A stretch of DNA of 64,000 bases from Antedon mediterranea (GCF_964355755.1 NC_092671.1:38264304-38328303), one strand, 5' to 3'. Counted from the first letter of the stretch, positions 45,201-59,000 are shown. The notes: generated by a model from the sequence alone, not told the origin. Translations and numbers: made by a program.

Positions 45201-48200
45201 GATTGGTTCCCACTAGAGACGCAACCCAAGGACGTAACGCAACGTATTGACCAATCACACGCGATGGATTATTCGAACTGTCCTTTGTCATTGGTCAACA
45301 CGCTTGCGTTGCGTTTACGTACTTGTGTTGCGTCCTAGTGGGAACCAAGCTTTAGACCATTATATGCGTAAAGCACTGTCTACACTATCAAACTAGTTTG
45401 ACAAAAGAAGTGTGATGTGCCCAAATATGGTAGTGATATTCCCAATATGGCAACATCATATCCATATATTATGGGCACATCACATTTTTTTGTCACATAA
45501 AGTTTGATATTGTAGACAGAGCTTAAGTAAGTATAAGTACACCGTTTTATCGCTTTGCGCGTTGGCGCGCAGTGGTGATTTAACTTTTCGTAAAAGGGGA
45601 TGCAAAATTGACAATGGGTATTTTGTTTGCGCCGTTGCGTTGAGGTAGAATCAATAACTTACGTTGACCGTCTTCCCGTGATCGTAACAGACGTCCATGA
45701 CGATGATGATACCGTCAGGGTAGGCGTGAAATAAATATTGTGTTTATATTCATCTATCTTATCATCTCCAGAGGATCCGTCGTTGTCATGTACGATCCCT
45801 TTTATACGAATTCCATTCTAAATTGAGTAAAAACAAATGTTAGAATTACGCTTTAAGCTTGGTTCGCACTAGCGACGCAACGCAAGGACGTGACGCAACG
45901 ATTTGACCAATCACAAGCGATGGAGTATTCGAACAGTGGCTTACCATTGGTCAACACGCTTACGTTGCGCGCACGTCCTTGCGTTGCGTCGCTAGTGGGG
46001 AACCACGCTTTATTTGATTTAGGCATGTTTACGCAACGTAAAAACAATTGCGAATCCACCTCCTTTCGAAAACTTAAAATTAGTAATATGATACTTTTCA
46101 CATTAGGAAATAAAGGTCATTGCATCTTATGTTTCGCAAGTTTTTTTTCCTGAAATTGTTTGAAAAATTCAACGTAATGAAAGGCTTTTCCAACAATTGC
46201 GAATCTCCCTCATTTCGGAAACTTAATTATGGTGGTATGCACTATTCACACAAGGAAATAAAAGTCATTGCATCTTATGTTTCGCAAGTTTTTTTTTCTG
46301 AAATTCTTGGAAAATACACAGGTCTCTTATTAGTAAATAAATAAATACCATTTCTTCGTTTGCTCACATTAAATGTCGACATTGTAAAAATATACGGATT
46401 GGTTATTCCACCGGAAGCTCCGCTACCAACAGGAAATGTAAAATCGTCATCATCGGAAAAAACTTCACCCATATTTATATCACCTAGGGGACACGTGTCG
46501 AAGTTTCCTTGGGACGCACTGAAAAGATGAAATTATAATTTAAAATTTATTGTAAACATTTTACCATCGGTTGTCATTTTTGATTTATAACATTCTCAAC
46601 TAAAACAATGGAAAACTTATTTGATTCAAGGTTTTACAAAAGGGTTTTTTTTTTCAGTGCAATCATGAAAATGTCTACTGCGTTGTTTTATGAATGAATT
46701 TACTTATTTTTCATTGTTTTCAAAACAGAAAATGAAAAGTAAAGTGTGAGTGTTCTTGGAGACTTACCTTCCAGGAGTATCGAGACAGAAATAGAAGCGA
46801 TTATCACATCTATTTCCACAACTTCCAAAGATACTATCGCAACATCCGCCATTGTAGTCCTCGCTCGTTGGGTTCACGTAACTTACGAACCAGAGTTCAA
46901 CTTTTGTTGCGCAAAAGACACTCTAAACGAAAGAGTAAGACACTTTAAGAGTCACTTGAACCATGGAGATCCTAACTTATTTCTCCATGCTTGAACCTAT
47001 ACTTTGCACTCAAAAATATAAGTTACAATAAATAAATAATAACAAATAAAGTTCGTTTTGTTGACACTTTTTCAGAGTTTGTATTATCATATGGGTCTAG
47101 TATAGGCCTGTTATTGATATAACTAACAAACCAGATTTCAACTTTTGTAGTGCAAAAAACACTCTGCGAAAGAGTAGCCTAAAGAAACTTTAAGAGCTCA
47201 CTTGAATCTGTACTTTGCACTCATTACGGTCGACAAACTTGGCATAGTAACAGTATTTGTATTGTCAATTTGCATTGCAACGATTTCTTATTAGACCATT
47301 TATGGAGGTATAAGACCTCTACTGTCATCTGTGACGTCACAACGAATGCTTATTTTGTTTTTCTTTAAAAATGTTCATATGTCTGAATGAACAAAAAGTT
47401 TGAAATATACAATCATTAGGCCTATAAGTTGCCTTATGTTTTATTTTTCACGCTGCTGCTCTAGCCCGCTACGTCCCATTAGGACTACTCAATCAGAAGC
47501 TAAAGCAAGCAGCAGTTATAGTTCTAAGGACAGACAGTTTTGTGAAAATGGAAACTCCACTATGATTTATTGATTCCAGCTGCTACAGTAGACCCAAAAA
47601 ACGTCTGGGAAAGAGTCTATTAGGACATGTCATGCTAAAATTACAAATCCCTAAGCATTTCTGGTATATTCACTGTCAGATATTAAAGTTTGTGTTTGTA
47701 ATAGGATACTTCACAATTGAAATATCTAGGGTGATGAAGTGACCCCCAGATTTGACCTTAGCAATAAAATTAACTAAAGTTACAGAAATTGAGTATTTAC
47801 TTCTGTAACAAAAAAATAATATTTATTCACATATAAAAAAAGAAAAGAAACCCAAAAACCATTGTCTGACAGACAATTTAAGTATTTGTTGCTTTAAATT
47901 ACATTTTGCAGTTGCATAAAAAATAACTATTATGTGACAATAAAATGACACATTCAAAAACATTTGAAATAAAAAATATTTTTCAATAAGCAAGCAGCGT
48001 TTTTTGTAAGAAATATTTCTTGTTTATTCAATATTCTGCACCGAGGCGCCTCACTCTTTTCAAGCCTTCCTTCAAGGCGCCTCAGATTAATATAAATACA
48101 ATATTCATACAAGAGAAACAGAAAACAGATAAATCAATCAAATCTTCCAGAATTAACAAAACATGTTTGTACATTAATAAAACAATAGAGCATTTTTATG

Positions 48201-49807
48201 AGTCGAAAGAAAATCATATCCAAAAATAATATTTTAACTCAATTTAAAATGATAACGTTTAAAGAAAAATCCTTGGCCTCAGGCTCTGTCTACACAGTCT
48301 ATCAAACTTTATGTGACAAAATATGATGTGATCATAATGGACATGTTGATGTCATGCCACTACCATATTTGGACATATCACTACCATATTTGGGCACATC
48401 ACACTTTTTTGTCAAACTAGTTTGATAGTGTAGACAGAGCTTAGGATCCTCAAGTTAGCGTTTACAAGTAGAACATCTCTCTTTGCATGAATATAATAGA
48501 GAGCAAAAATCCGATTTCAATTTCATTAAAGCCACAATACAAAATTTGGACTGTCCCGTGTCCATGTAAACAATTTTACGGAGTTTGTTTTATCTTATCA
48601 TAATATATAGGCCTATATAATTGATACCGTCATTGAAATAGTGCCCAATAGATGATGGTCATGGGGAATTAAACAAAATGTCTGTGGAAGAACCGTACAG
48701 TACGGTATGCAATTCGCCGCAGGAGCCATTTGGGATTTACCAGATACATTTACATAGAAATCCAAGACGGTAACATTTCCGTGTTAGTTTTTTTTAAAAC
48801 CTTTTATCAAAGAGGTATTGTCTCCCAAAATCATGAAAAAATAAAGATTTATAAAATCAGACTTTGAATAGGCCATTTTGTAGTTGTAATGAAGTTAATC
48901 AATTCAGTTATGATTTTAAACCCAATTTGCCTGATAGACAATTTGACAATTTTTTGCTTTAAATTACCGTTATCAGGTAAATAATTTTTGTTGCCGATCC
49001 ATTTTTTGGTCAAAATGAATAACTATTATAATTATGCAACATTAAAATGACATATTCACAAAAAAAAATGATTTAAGAATTATTGGTTGAGGTGGACAAT
49101 ATTATAATAAAACGTTATATGCCTATGTTGGTTTAGGCCTACTTTCATTTTGAATGATAACATTATTATATCATGTTTCAACTGTACATTTTGACATTAA
49201 AAGATAATTTTATAAACACGCGTTGCTGGTTGTGTCCTAAAATGTCACTTTCCTCATTATTAAAACCATATTGAAATAAAAATCGTTGGTCCTATTAATG
49301 TTAACTAATTAATGAAAACTAAGTAGGTCTATAGAAATAATATTATTTTATTTGAGATAGAAAAACAAAGCATCGGTGTTAAGATTGAGGACAACCAAGG
49401 CTCAAAATTCTGAATAATATACTTAAGCCTAAAGTAGCCTACATATATACAAAATACAATTATATACTCAAAAAACTACTATTCAAAAAGTTGAAAACAA
49501 GATTTCAAAATATATATATCAAGATTAAAAATTCAAGCTGCTATATCACCTTTGACAGATATATCTTACCTAATTTAAATAAATATAACAGTGACAATTA
49601 TCGAAAGGTCTTTCTCCGTGCGTATTGTAAGGAATTTAGAGTTACAGGTGGTAATACCAAATTCAACGAAATTTCAATCAAATTTCAATCAACAGGTGAA
49701 CTCGGAGTCGCGACGAATTTCCTATGGCTATAAATGCGTATTGTTTTCAATTACTTACTTACCTTTGTAAAAAATATTCCAAGAACAAAAACTATATTAA
49801 CCAACAT
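39272..49807 (-). CDS. Delta/Serrate-like (DSL) type I membrane protein with 33 EGF repeats, ~1681 aa
   Basis: Exons 49807-49763 (signal peptide MLVNIVFVLGIFFTK), 46922-46768, 46518-46368, 45817-45663 (MNNL/C2-like), 45071-44815 (DSL CATNYYGSTCGVYCQPRDDSSGHYDCSNSGGKVCLPGWQGTTC + EGF1), 44580-41073 (EGF2-32), 40814-40654, 40388-40223, 40108-39934, 39746-39670 (TM), 39467-39272 (tail). Total 5046 nt, in frame, GT-AG throughout. Confidence 0.88.
44598..44734. mobile_element. MITE family A copy
   Basis: Both TIRs, TAA TSD. Confidence 0.8.
45372..45523. mobile_element. MITE family A copy
   Basis: Both TIRs, TAA TSD. Confidence 0.8.
45856..46009. mobile_element. MITE family B copy
   Basis: TTA|AGCTTGGTTCGCACTAGCGACGCAACGCAAG ... 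CTTGCGTTGCGTCGCTAGTGGGGAACCACGCT|TTA. Confidence 0.75.
48283..48441. mobile_element. MITE family A copy
   Basis: Both TIRs present. Confidence 0.75.
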
Positions 49808-51319
49808 TGTTTTTACATCAGCACATTAGTTTTTAAAATATTCTTTCTTCTTTCCACCATTCATCGAACAAAATGTATTTGTTTCTTCCTGCTCCTGTGG
49901 TTATATGTAAATCACGTGATAACGGAATTGATTTATAGACCGGGCCTATCTTATTTCAATATAGTAAAACCTCACTCGTGGGTCCTAAATGCAAAGTTAC
50001 ACCTCTACCACCAGTGTGTGTTCTTGATAGCGGTCATCTACTGTACAAAGAATATTATGCAATACACACCCAGTGATTTGCTTAACACGTTGGATTTAGG
50101 TGTAATTTTTACATGACGTTGGATTTTTCAGGTCGATAAGCCGATCGCCTCTACCAAACCATTTGATGACGTTGGCTTTCCGGGTAGATAGGCCTGGCCT
50201 CTACCAAACCTCATATCATCGGGTCTCGTTATTATCAAATCATAAAAACATCTGTCCTGGTTTTGAGGCTAAAAACTGTGTTTTCAAAATGTTTGGATTT
50301 TATTTATTTTGAACAATAAAACAATATCCAACATCAATGTTAGCCGAGTGCGTATTATGTGCAGTTTTGCAATTGTTTTGTTCCGACCGTCATGGTAATT
50401 TCGTCAACTTCTTTACGACGCCCCGGGGATATGTGAAGGAGGGGGAGAGGGTTATGGGAAGGAGGAGGGGCACTGTAAAATGCAATTATTATTATGTCAT
50501 TACTTTTAATTTCTCGTTTGGCTTCAGATCAGAAGTGTCCGATGTCGTTTTCTCACGCTACATTTATCATGTAGGAATGATATCCACTGGAAAATCCAGC
50601 GACGTATTTTGGACATATTTATAGTGTTTGCATTGCCATTGCTTTACATTTTTTTGCTAGGCCTACTTTTATGAACCTGTCCTACATTCTTCAGGCAACA
50701 GAAAAGTCACCATCTCCAAACAACACACCCTGCGCATCAACTTTCGTTATTAGGATAACATTGTTTTATTTATTAATTATGAGAAAAAAATTACAAAAAA
50801 AACAGAGTTGTAGAATAAACATATCAAAATATAAAACGAATACAACAAGAATTTATATTTTTAAAGGTGGGCAGTGGTGGTATATACGACGTCACAAGAT
50901 CAGATTGATAGAAATCTTTGTGTCCTGCATGGTTGAAGTTTAATTATTTTGTTTGTTTAATAATGCAGAGACCGTCAAAGGGCGCGCTATTTAATATTTC
51001 GGCCCAGTGAAATTAAGAAAACTCAAAATATAAATGGGAAGGTTGAATGTAATCAAATATTATTATTTTTAGTCCTTTAGACACTTCTTAACAACGTTGA
51101 CACTGAAAACTGGAGGTGATAATATAAAAATACTGTACTGTATATAGAAAATATCGTCCCAGACCGCTAGACCATGCTTTACTAAACCGCAGAGAAAAAG
51201 TTATTCAGCATTTTATCAACAAAAATTTAAAACAAAAAAAGAAAAGACTAGAAAAAGCAGCCCGGTGGTACTCTTCAAAAAGAGTTTTTCTTTTATTAAT
51301 ACAATATTAAACAAAACTA

Positions 51320-54300
51320 ATGGCACACTCTACGATAAAGATTGAGGAAGACCCACTGTTCCAGCAAAACATCGCTAATGCTGGTGACAAGCTGGTTGTG
51401 GTAGACTTCTTTGCAACTTGGTAAGCCAGGCCTAGGCCTACGCTAACAATTCTGACTACGTTCTTGAAGTATCAAAGGCCCGGTAGAGGATAATGTTGAT
51501 GGTGGTGTGTATAGGCCTACTAGAGGTTATATACTACAGGGCCTAGAATTTATGTATATATAGACTCGAAAATATTTATTATGGTTACCCAACAAGACAA
51601 AACGGTCTAGGCCTGATATATGTTTAACAATTATTTAGTTCCAAGACTATTTTCTGTCAACATAAACCTAAAATAAACATTTCAAAAACCAAACACATCA
51701 AATTCCCTCTCTACCTATATAAGGCTATAGTATTTACAAACACCTCTAGGCCTAACTGTACTGCTACTACTAGGTAGTATGGGTGGATATGTAGGCCCTA
51801 GTGACAGTGTAGGCCTATCCATGCCAATAATACTAGTTATTTATCCAAACCTTAGCCAAAATTGTGACTAGCCAACTAAACTTTCATGAATTCACTCTTT
51901 TTTGTAAAGGTGTGGACCATGTCTCGCAATAGCTCCTTTTTTTGAAGAGCTTCCATCAAAATATCCAAATGCAGTTTTCTTGAAAGTTGATGTTGATAAA
52001 TGCAAAGTAAGAATATAGATTGTTATCATTTTATCTAGTCTAATAATATTAATAACAATTAAACAAGACAATATTTCATTTATTTATTTTCCACACAATG
52101 AACAAAATAGGCTCACTGTAAAAAATGATTTATGTTATTGTTATTGTAAAGTAAATACTGAACAACATTATTTCTGTTGGACACTTTTTTCTAACCTTTT
52201 GTGTTTATTTTACAGGCAACAGTTGACACTTACAAAGTTCGTGCTATGCCTACCTTTATTTCTATGAAAAATGGAGTAAAACTAGACACAGTCCAGGGTG
52301 CCAAAAAAGATGACATTATCGCTATGATAGAAAAGCACTATGTAGCTGGAGAGGATCAAACATCATCCGGAGTACAGGGCCATGTAGGTATTCTTATTTA
52401 AAAAAATAAGTTTCCTATGAACCTACACTTTTACGTCTTATTTACATACCACCACCTGCAATGCTTCTTGGAAAGCAAATCCTCCACTCTGGACATTTCC
52501 TCTTTGACAGTTTGTAATGTAATCTCTTTTTCAGATGGATCTGTCATCTTTTTTTTCAAAGTCTGGTTGTATTTGTTTAAATCAAAGTGATGACACTGAC
52601 TTAGATAACTGTCTGAGATTTGGCGATGGAACTTATCTTGAATCTGACTGTGATGAGCAAGTAAGGTTTATTTTAGAATAAGAATCAAAAGTGTGATATG
52701 CCTAAATATGGTAGTTACATGCCCAAATATGGTGGTGATATGACATCATCACATCACATAAAGTGTAAATAGAGCTTTAGTTTAAATCAACGCTCTATCT
52801 TCTTTCATATTTGATATGATAATAATAATTTATTCGGAAGCTATACTATGAAACAGTGGCACACTTCTTCAAGTGTAATTCAGTATCCCTTTAATGACGT
52901 GTGTTTATAAAAAACTAATACACACAATACAGATATACCCCATATATCTTTAAGGCCAATTTACACAGATGACCGGTAACGGTAATAAAAATATAGAATC
53001 TATGTTACTCCTTATGACCATTTACACACAATTCAGAGCAAGTAGATACATATTCTACGCAGGACAAGCTACACAGTTTTTCACTTACTGTTACCACTCG
53101 TCTGTGTAAACATCGCAACTATACATACAACGTACATTTCTAGTCTAACAAAAAATTTTTCTAAACTTTCTATTATTTAAAAGTCGAAGATAGCCAGGTC
53201 TCTGGTCCATTCTATTGTCGCCACAGATTGATATCTTCATCAGTACTTCTATGAATGGATGATTAGGTGGGAACACGAACGCTAGTTGATCATACCCAGT
53301 ACCGTTTTAATCGTACGATTAATCGGGAAACCACCTCACGACGAATTAAAATTAAAATATATTCATGAGATTTTGTATTTCTTAGTTACTTATAACATTG
53401 GAATTTAATCAAACCGTAAAAATCCATTCCATGAAGCTGTACGGTCCGAGTGAAAAAGGCGCTAAGACGGTGAAGCTGTTTATCAACCAACCACACACAA
53501 TGGATTTTGACCAAGCTGAGAGGAATAATCCGGTTCAATTACTCAAGTAAGAACAAATATGGAAGTGATATGCCCAAATATGGTGGCGATATGGCCAAAT
53601 ATGGTGGCGATATGGCCAAATATGGTAGTAATATACCAAATATGGTAGTGATATACCAAATATGGTAGTGATATGACATCATTGTGTCCTAATATGGGCA
53701 AATCACATTTTTTTTTGTCACATAAAGTTTGATAGTGTAGACAGAGCTTTACCTGTATTTCAAACTGTTTACATTGATTTTGTTTTGTTTGTTTGTTGTT
53801 TTTATTTGTAAAAAATAATTGTGAATTGAGAATTATTAAACATAATAAAGATAAATAACAGGATACATTTCTCAAATAAAGTATTGCGTGCGGATGGAGA
53901 ATGCTCTCGATAACTTGGTTGATATGATACAAAAGTATATATTTTCCCAACTTAATTGATGCCATAGATTTCAAGGTCTCTCTCTTTTATTAAAATAATT
54001 CTGGTTTTTATTTTTGTCTTGTAGCTTAACAGAAGATGATGTTAAAGAAGATAGTATCATTCCACTCAAGTTTGTCAAACTACAAAGTGTCAATAACTTA
54101 ACAGTAAGTACAAATTAACAAGCTGTGGGCTTCTTAAGCTCTGTCTACACTATCAAACTTTTCAATTCAACCAAAAACCCATTGGCTGGCAGTTAATTTG
54201 ACTATTTTTTGCTTTAAATTGCAATTTTTTCAGGTAAATATATTTTTTTGGGATCAATTTTTGGTCAAAGTGAATAACTATTATGTGACATTAAAATGGC

Positions 54301-54944
54301 ATATTCAACAACAAAAATGTTTAAGAATTATTTTTTCAGGGGGACAGTATCTTTAACTGCAGTAGGAATAAGATTTAAAAGTCAAATATGATTGTATCTC
54401 TTCTTATATCATTTAGATATTTATAAAGGACAATTTAGGAGGAGAAGAAACAACAATTATTGAATACCTGGGTATTATTGGATCGCCTGTATCTACAACA
54501 AAAATGGATGAATTTAAACGAGTAAGTCTGTCATATAGAATTATATAAAGTTTGAGTTAAGATTGGGGGGGGGGGGGGTGTTGGGTTGGCTGCAGTGGGT
54601 TGGGACTGAATCCTATTATTAAAAGATTTATTTATTTACTGGTCTATCATCTCTCGTACAAATATGTTTCATAACAGCTTTTATCCAGCTGCCATTCGGG
54701 CACTGTACAAGAGTGATGTGACACTTTGTAATTGTTTTTGTTAGTTTTTCATTTACCTGTTTTTGTATATCTCAGAGCAAACATTTCTATATATATTTTA
54801 TATGCAAATGACAATAAATGGAAGTAATATTCCACTGATGAATGAATAAATTAAAAAAATAATTGTCATCTGTCCAATCAAGATTTTAAGCTGCTTACTT
54901 TTTCTTTTATGTAGGTTGCTGGAAAGAAAGGAGAAAGTCACTGA
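51320..54944 (+). CDS. TXNL1: Thioredoxin-like protein 1 (Trx + PITH domains, 288 aa)
   Basis: Exons 51320-51420, 51910-52006, 52216-52383, 52535-52660, 53386-53546, 54025-54103, 54417-54521, 54915-54944 (867 nt). WCGPC active site, [19 protein letters not shown]-terminal [12 protein letters not shown]. Confidence 0.96.
52952..53110. repeat. Dispersed MITE-like repeat, related copy at ~5940-6210
   Basis: Shared GTAACGGTAATAAAAATATAGAATCT and GGACAAGCTAC...TTAC blocks, with TTTACACAGA / TCTGTGTAAA inverted ends. Confidence 0.6.
53553..53748. mobile_element. MITE family A copy, left-truncated, ~6 internal 21-bp units
   Basis: Right TIR plus CAAATATGGTRGYGATATG repeats starting just after a TXNL1 donor. 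Confidence 0.7.
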
Positions 54945-55034
54945 TGAGTATACACTTAGGCCTTCTGGTATTCCAACTGTCAAGATTATTCAGTGATACA
55001 ACCTATACTCGCATTATCAATATTTTATCCATAA

Positions 55035-55192
55035 AGCTCTGTCTACACTCCAACTAGTTTGACAAAAAAAGTGTGATGTGCCCAAATATGGTAGTGTTAT
55101 TCCCAAATATGGTAGTGATATGACATCATCACGTCCATATATGACACATCAAGTTTTGTTGTCACATAAAGTTAGATAGTGTAGACAGAACT
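55035..55192. mobile_element. MITE family A copy (TXNL1 3' region)
   Basis: Both TIRs present. Confidence 0.75.
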
Positions 55193-56072
55193 TAACATAT
55201 TCTGAAAGACTATTTTGTTTTCTAATTTTCAATATTATTATTATACAGTAGTATATTGTAGAACAATAAATATCAATGTATTAAGTTCAATGTTCAGAAT
55301 CATTTATGAAAAATCATCCCAACATTTTTCAAAAAAGTGTTTTTGGTAGTTAATGTTTGCAACAAACTAAGAGGCAATAAAGAACATTTAAACAGTGATG
55401 TTTTGTGGTTTTAATTCCATTCTGAATTCACTAAAAATTTTCATCATCTTTCTTTACTCTACAGTATCTCATTTGAATTGCACATAGGTTGGTCACATTA
55501 TACAGTTGATCTCAATTTATTTGTTAAATAATACATGATTTCTTTTTTTAGATTCCAAAAGATACAGTATATACACAATTAATTTATCATAAATTAAAAA
55601 TGCACAACCAATCGGAGAGCAGGAATGTTTTGAAATGTACTTAACATGTGTTGTTTATTAAATTATAGAATATTTTGTTCAGAGATAAATTGTCACTGCT
55701 GACATTAAATACACTAAAAAAGGGTGCTCTATTAAAAATGTATTGTATTCCGATATACAAAATAAGTTAGTTATGATATTTTTACAACAGAGTACAGTAT
55801 CATTTTACATTTTATGGTATAGCCCCATCATCGTTGTTATAAACGTAGGTAGACTTATTCAGCCATCCGTGGGTGTATTGAAAACTCTACTCGGTAAATA
55901 ATACACTGTTTTTGTGTATATTACAATGCCAGGAAGTCCATGATCACATTAGTTAGTGTTGTTGAATCTGACCTTTATTTGTTTGGTCAGTTTTACGAGA
56001 GTTAGCTGTACTATTAAAGTCGGTTACAGACATTTTATATTTGACCGCAATATTTTAAAAAGTACCACCATT

Positions 56073-59000
56073 ATGCCACCACCAAAGATTCGAAAGCTAG
56101 CCATCATGGGATTCCGTTCTGTTGGTAAGAAATTTCGCCCACTCAAAATGCTTCTCCTCACCGCTAGCTAGACCTCCTTAATAAACCCAACCAGGAGGAG
56201 GTGTGTGCCTGGGTCTTTTTTTGTAAAATTAAATATTATTTTCATATACAGTAATCTAACATAGGCCTAGGCCTAGCTAGTTTTAAAAGGTTGTAGGTCC
56301 TTAGACCTTAATTGTTGATATAAATTTAAATTTTTAAGTCTAAAGAGTAAATAAAGACTAAAATTACATTTTTACAAATTTCAAAAGAAACACCACCAGT
56401 CAGTGACCAAATTATGTGAATTTAGAATTTGAGAAAGTCATTTTTAATTTTTGTTTCAGGAAAATCATCACTAACAATACAATTTGTAGAACATCAGTTT
56501 GTAGATGCATATGACCCAACAATTGAAAACAGTAAGTATTTAGGCGCTAGGCCTAGTTCCGTTTTGCACCTGTCGTTTATTTCGACTCAAAATTGGTTAA
56601 GTAACTTTATCGTGAGTACCACACCTTAGAATTAGGCCTCAAAAATACTTTTCGAAGGAGATCACACAAAAAGTAAAAAATAAATCCTTTAAATTGATGA
56701 ATTTACAGACGTGTTTCTCGCACATCGGTTCGTGAATTTCGCATACTCCATGTTCAATGGGTTGTTGTTTCTATGGAGCGCCAAAAGAGCAATCATAATA
56801 GAGGGCTAAAAACTCAGTAAATTTCGTATATTTAATGCATTTATTGGTGAAAATTACGTTCAATTTTATCATATTTTGTCAATGTCAATGCAACAAAAAT
56901 ATTACTGTTGATACTGTACATGGTTTTTGCAGGAGCTTTTGAATGAATGAAAATCGACAAATTCATCATCATATTACATGTACTGTAGTGTAGGGGTATA
57001 CCTTAATCTAAATAATATGCCTCTTAGTCTTACTCTTAGGCCTAGGGTTGGTTGCTATTTGAAAACAGCAAATTATTAGCAGTAAAATGTTACAGCATTT
57101 TTATTGACAAAATATATTAAAATTAAACGTGTATTTCAATAATAAATGCATTAAAAGAAGACGCATTCCACTGAGGTTTTAACCATCTATTGTTGTTGCT
57201 CTTTTGGCGCTCCATAGAAACGAAAATATTGAACTTCGAGTATGCTAAATTCGCGGCGAACGGTATGCGAGAAACATGTCTGTAAAATCATCAATTTAAG
57301 GATTTATTTGTTACTTTTTATGTGATTCTTCTTCATAAAAGTACTTGTGAGGCCCAATTTTAAGGTGTGGTATTCACAATAAGTTGCTTAACAATTTGGA
57401 GTCAAAAGGAAGTCGAAATAAAAACAGGTGCGAAACGGAACTAGCGCCAGTATTTATTGCTTGTTGTTTAAAGAAATGTAGCAAAGAAATTACAGTGGAA
57501 AAATGGACGTTCCATATAATATAAATATATAGTGGTCATTGATATTTATTTTTAGGATTTAGTCCTGGGGATTAAAGAAAGACAATGTTTAATAACCAGG
57601 TGCCTACTGTATTAATTTGTTGATTGATATTTAAGTGAGTCCAATCTTTATTAAGATTGATGATAGTTGAAATTAAATTCTGGTGATATTTTTATTCTCA
57701 TCTTTTTAATATATTCATGACTTGGCATAATGTTAATCTAAAATTGGCCTAATACTTTGATGAGAACCATTTAATCCGTTTCCTCTGGCTCAAATAATAT
57801 ATTGTTTTATTTTTTAATTTTTATTTATAGCATTTGAAAAGATAATTAAAGTTGGAAATCAGGAGTTCAACATAAAAATAGTGGACACAGCTGGCCAAGA
57901 TGAATATTCCATTTTCCCACAATCCCTTTCAGTCGGAATAAATGGTTTTGTTTTGGTCTATTCTGTAACATCACAAAAAAGGTTAGTACTTTGAAAAGAT
58001 TTTTTTTTATTATTTGATTATTAATTATTATATTACTAATGTTCAATAATTGTGTAAATTTTGTGGAAAAGTTCAAATAATGTCTCAATTCCTAAAGAGT
58101 TGTTATAAGTGTAATTACTATTTGAAATCAATGATAATTCATATTTTTTTTAAATTTTTGTTTAGTTTTGAAATTGTACAGATTATTCATGAAAAACTGT
58201 TAGATACAATAGGAAAAGTGACGTAAGTAACATATTCATATTTTGATTGTAAACTCGCATTTATTTTCACCATGCAAACCTTCAAACGGTATACATTTTC
58301 ACATACACATAAACTATTTAATAGACTCATTGCATAGCACTTTATAATGAACAGTACTGGAATAAATTTTAATCACATTTTTAATTTGTTTTTTTCAGTG
58401 TTCCTATTGTACTTGTTGGTAACAAGATTGATTTGGTAAATGATAGGTAAGCATTGGCAACCTCAGTGTGTAGTAATGCTTAACTATGACCTGAACTATG
58501 ACTTAAACTCTGAACTATGACCCAAACTTAAAACTATGACTCATACTGAACAGTTCCAACTTCTAGTATAATGTTCATTTATAGATTCAAGTAACATAGG
58601 CCTACAGATGAATATGTTCAACCTTTATCAAATATATTTTTATTTATTCATTAAATATTTTGATATTTACTCTATAAACAGGATAATAACAACTCAAATG
58701 GGGCGGGATTTGGCCAATTCCTGGAACGCTGCATTTATAGAATCATCAGCTAAAAAGAATGAGGCAAGTTTATCTTCACTTAATTCACAATACGATATAA
58801 TGTATTATAACACACTTATGTGTATCCGTGTCATTTGATTGGTTAATTTTGTATCACATACTGTGCATTATTTTCTACCATTTAAATGATTGGTAGTACT
58901 ATTGCATACTCAAATTAATCATTTTTTGGAATTTCGTGTGAATGAATATACAACACAAACCTGTAGTGTGCACTATCTATACTCTGCTCTACCTCAATGC

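Noticed and set aside
46044-46305. ~148-bp intronic tandem duplication (similar small ones at ~50113-50210 and ~34428-34505)
   Set aside because: Ordinary local duplications with no splice or coding consequence visible.
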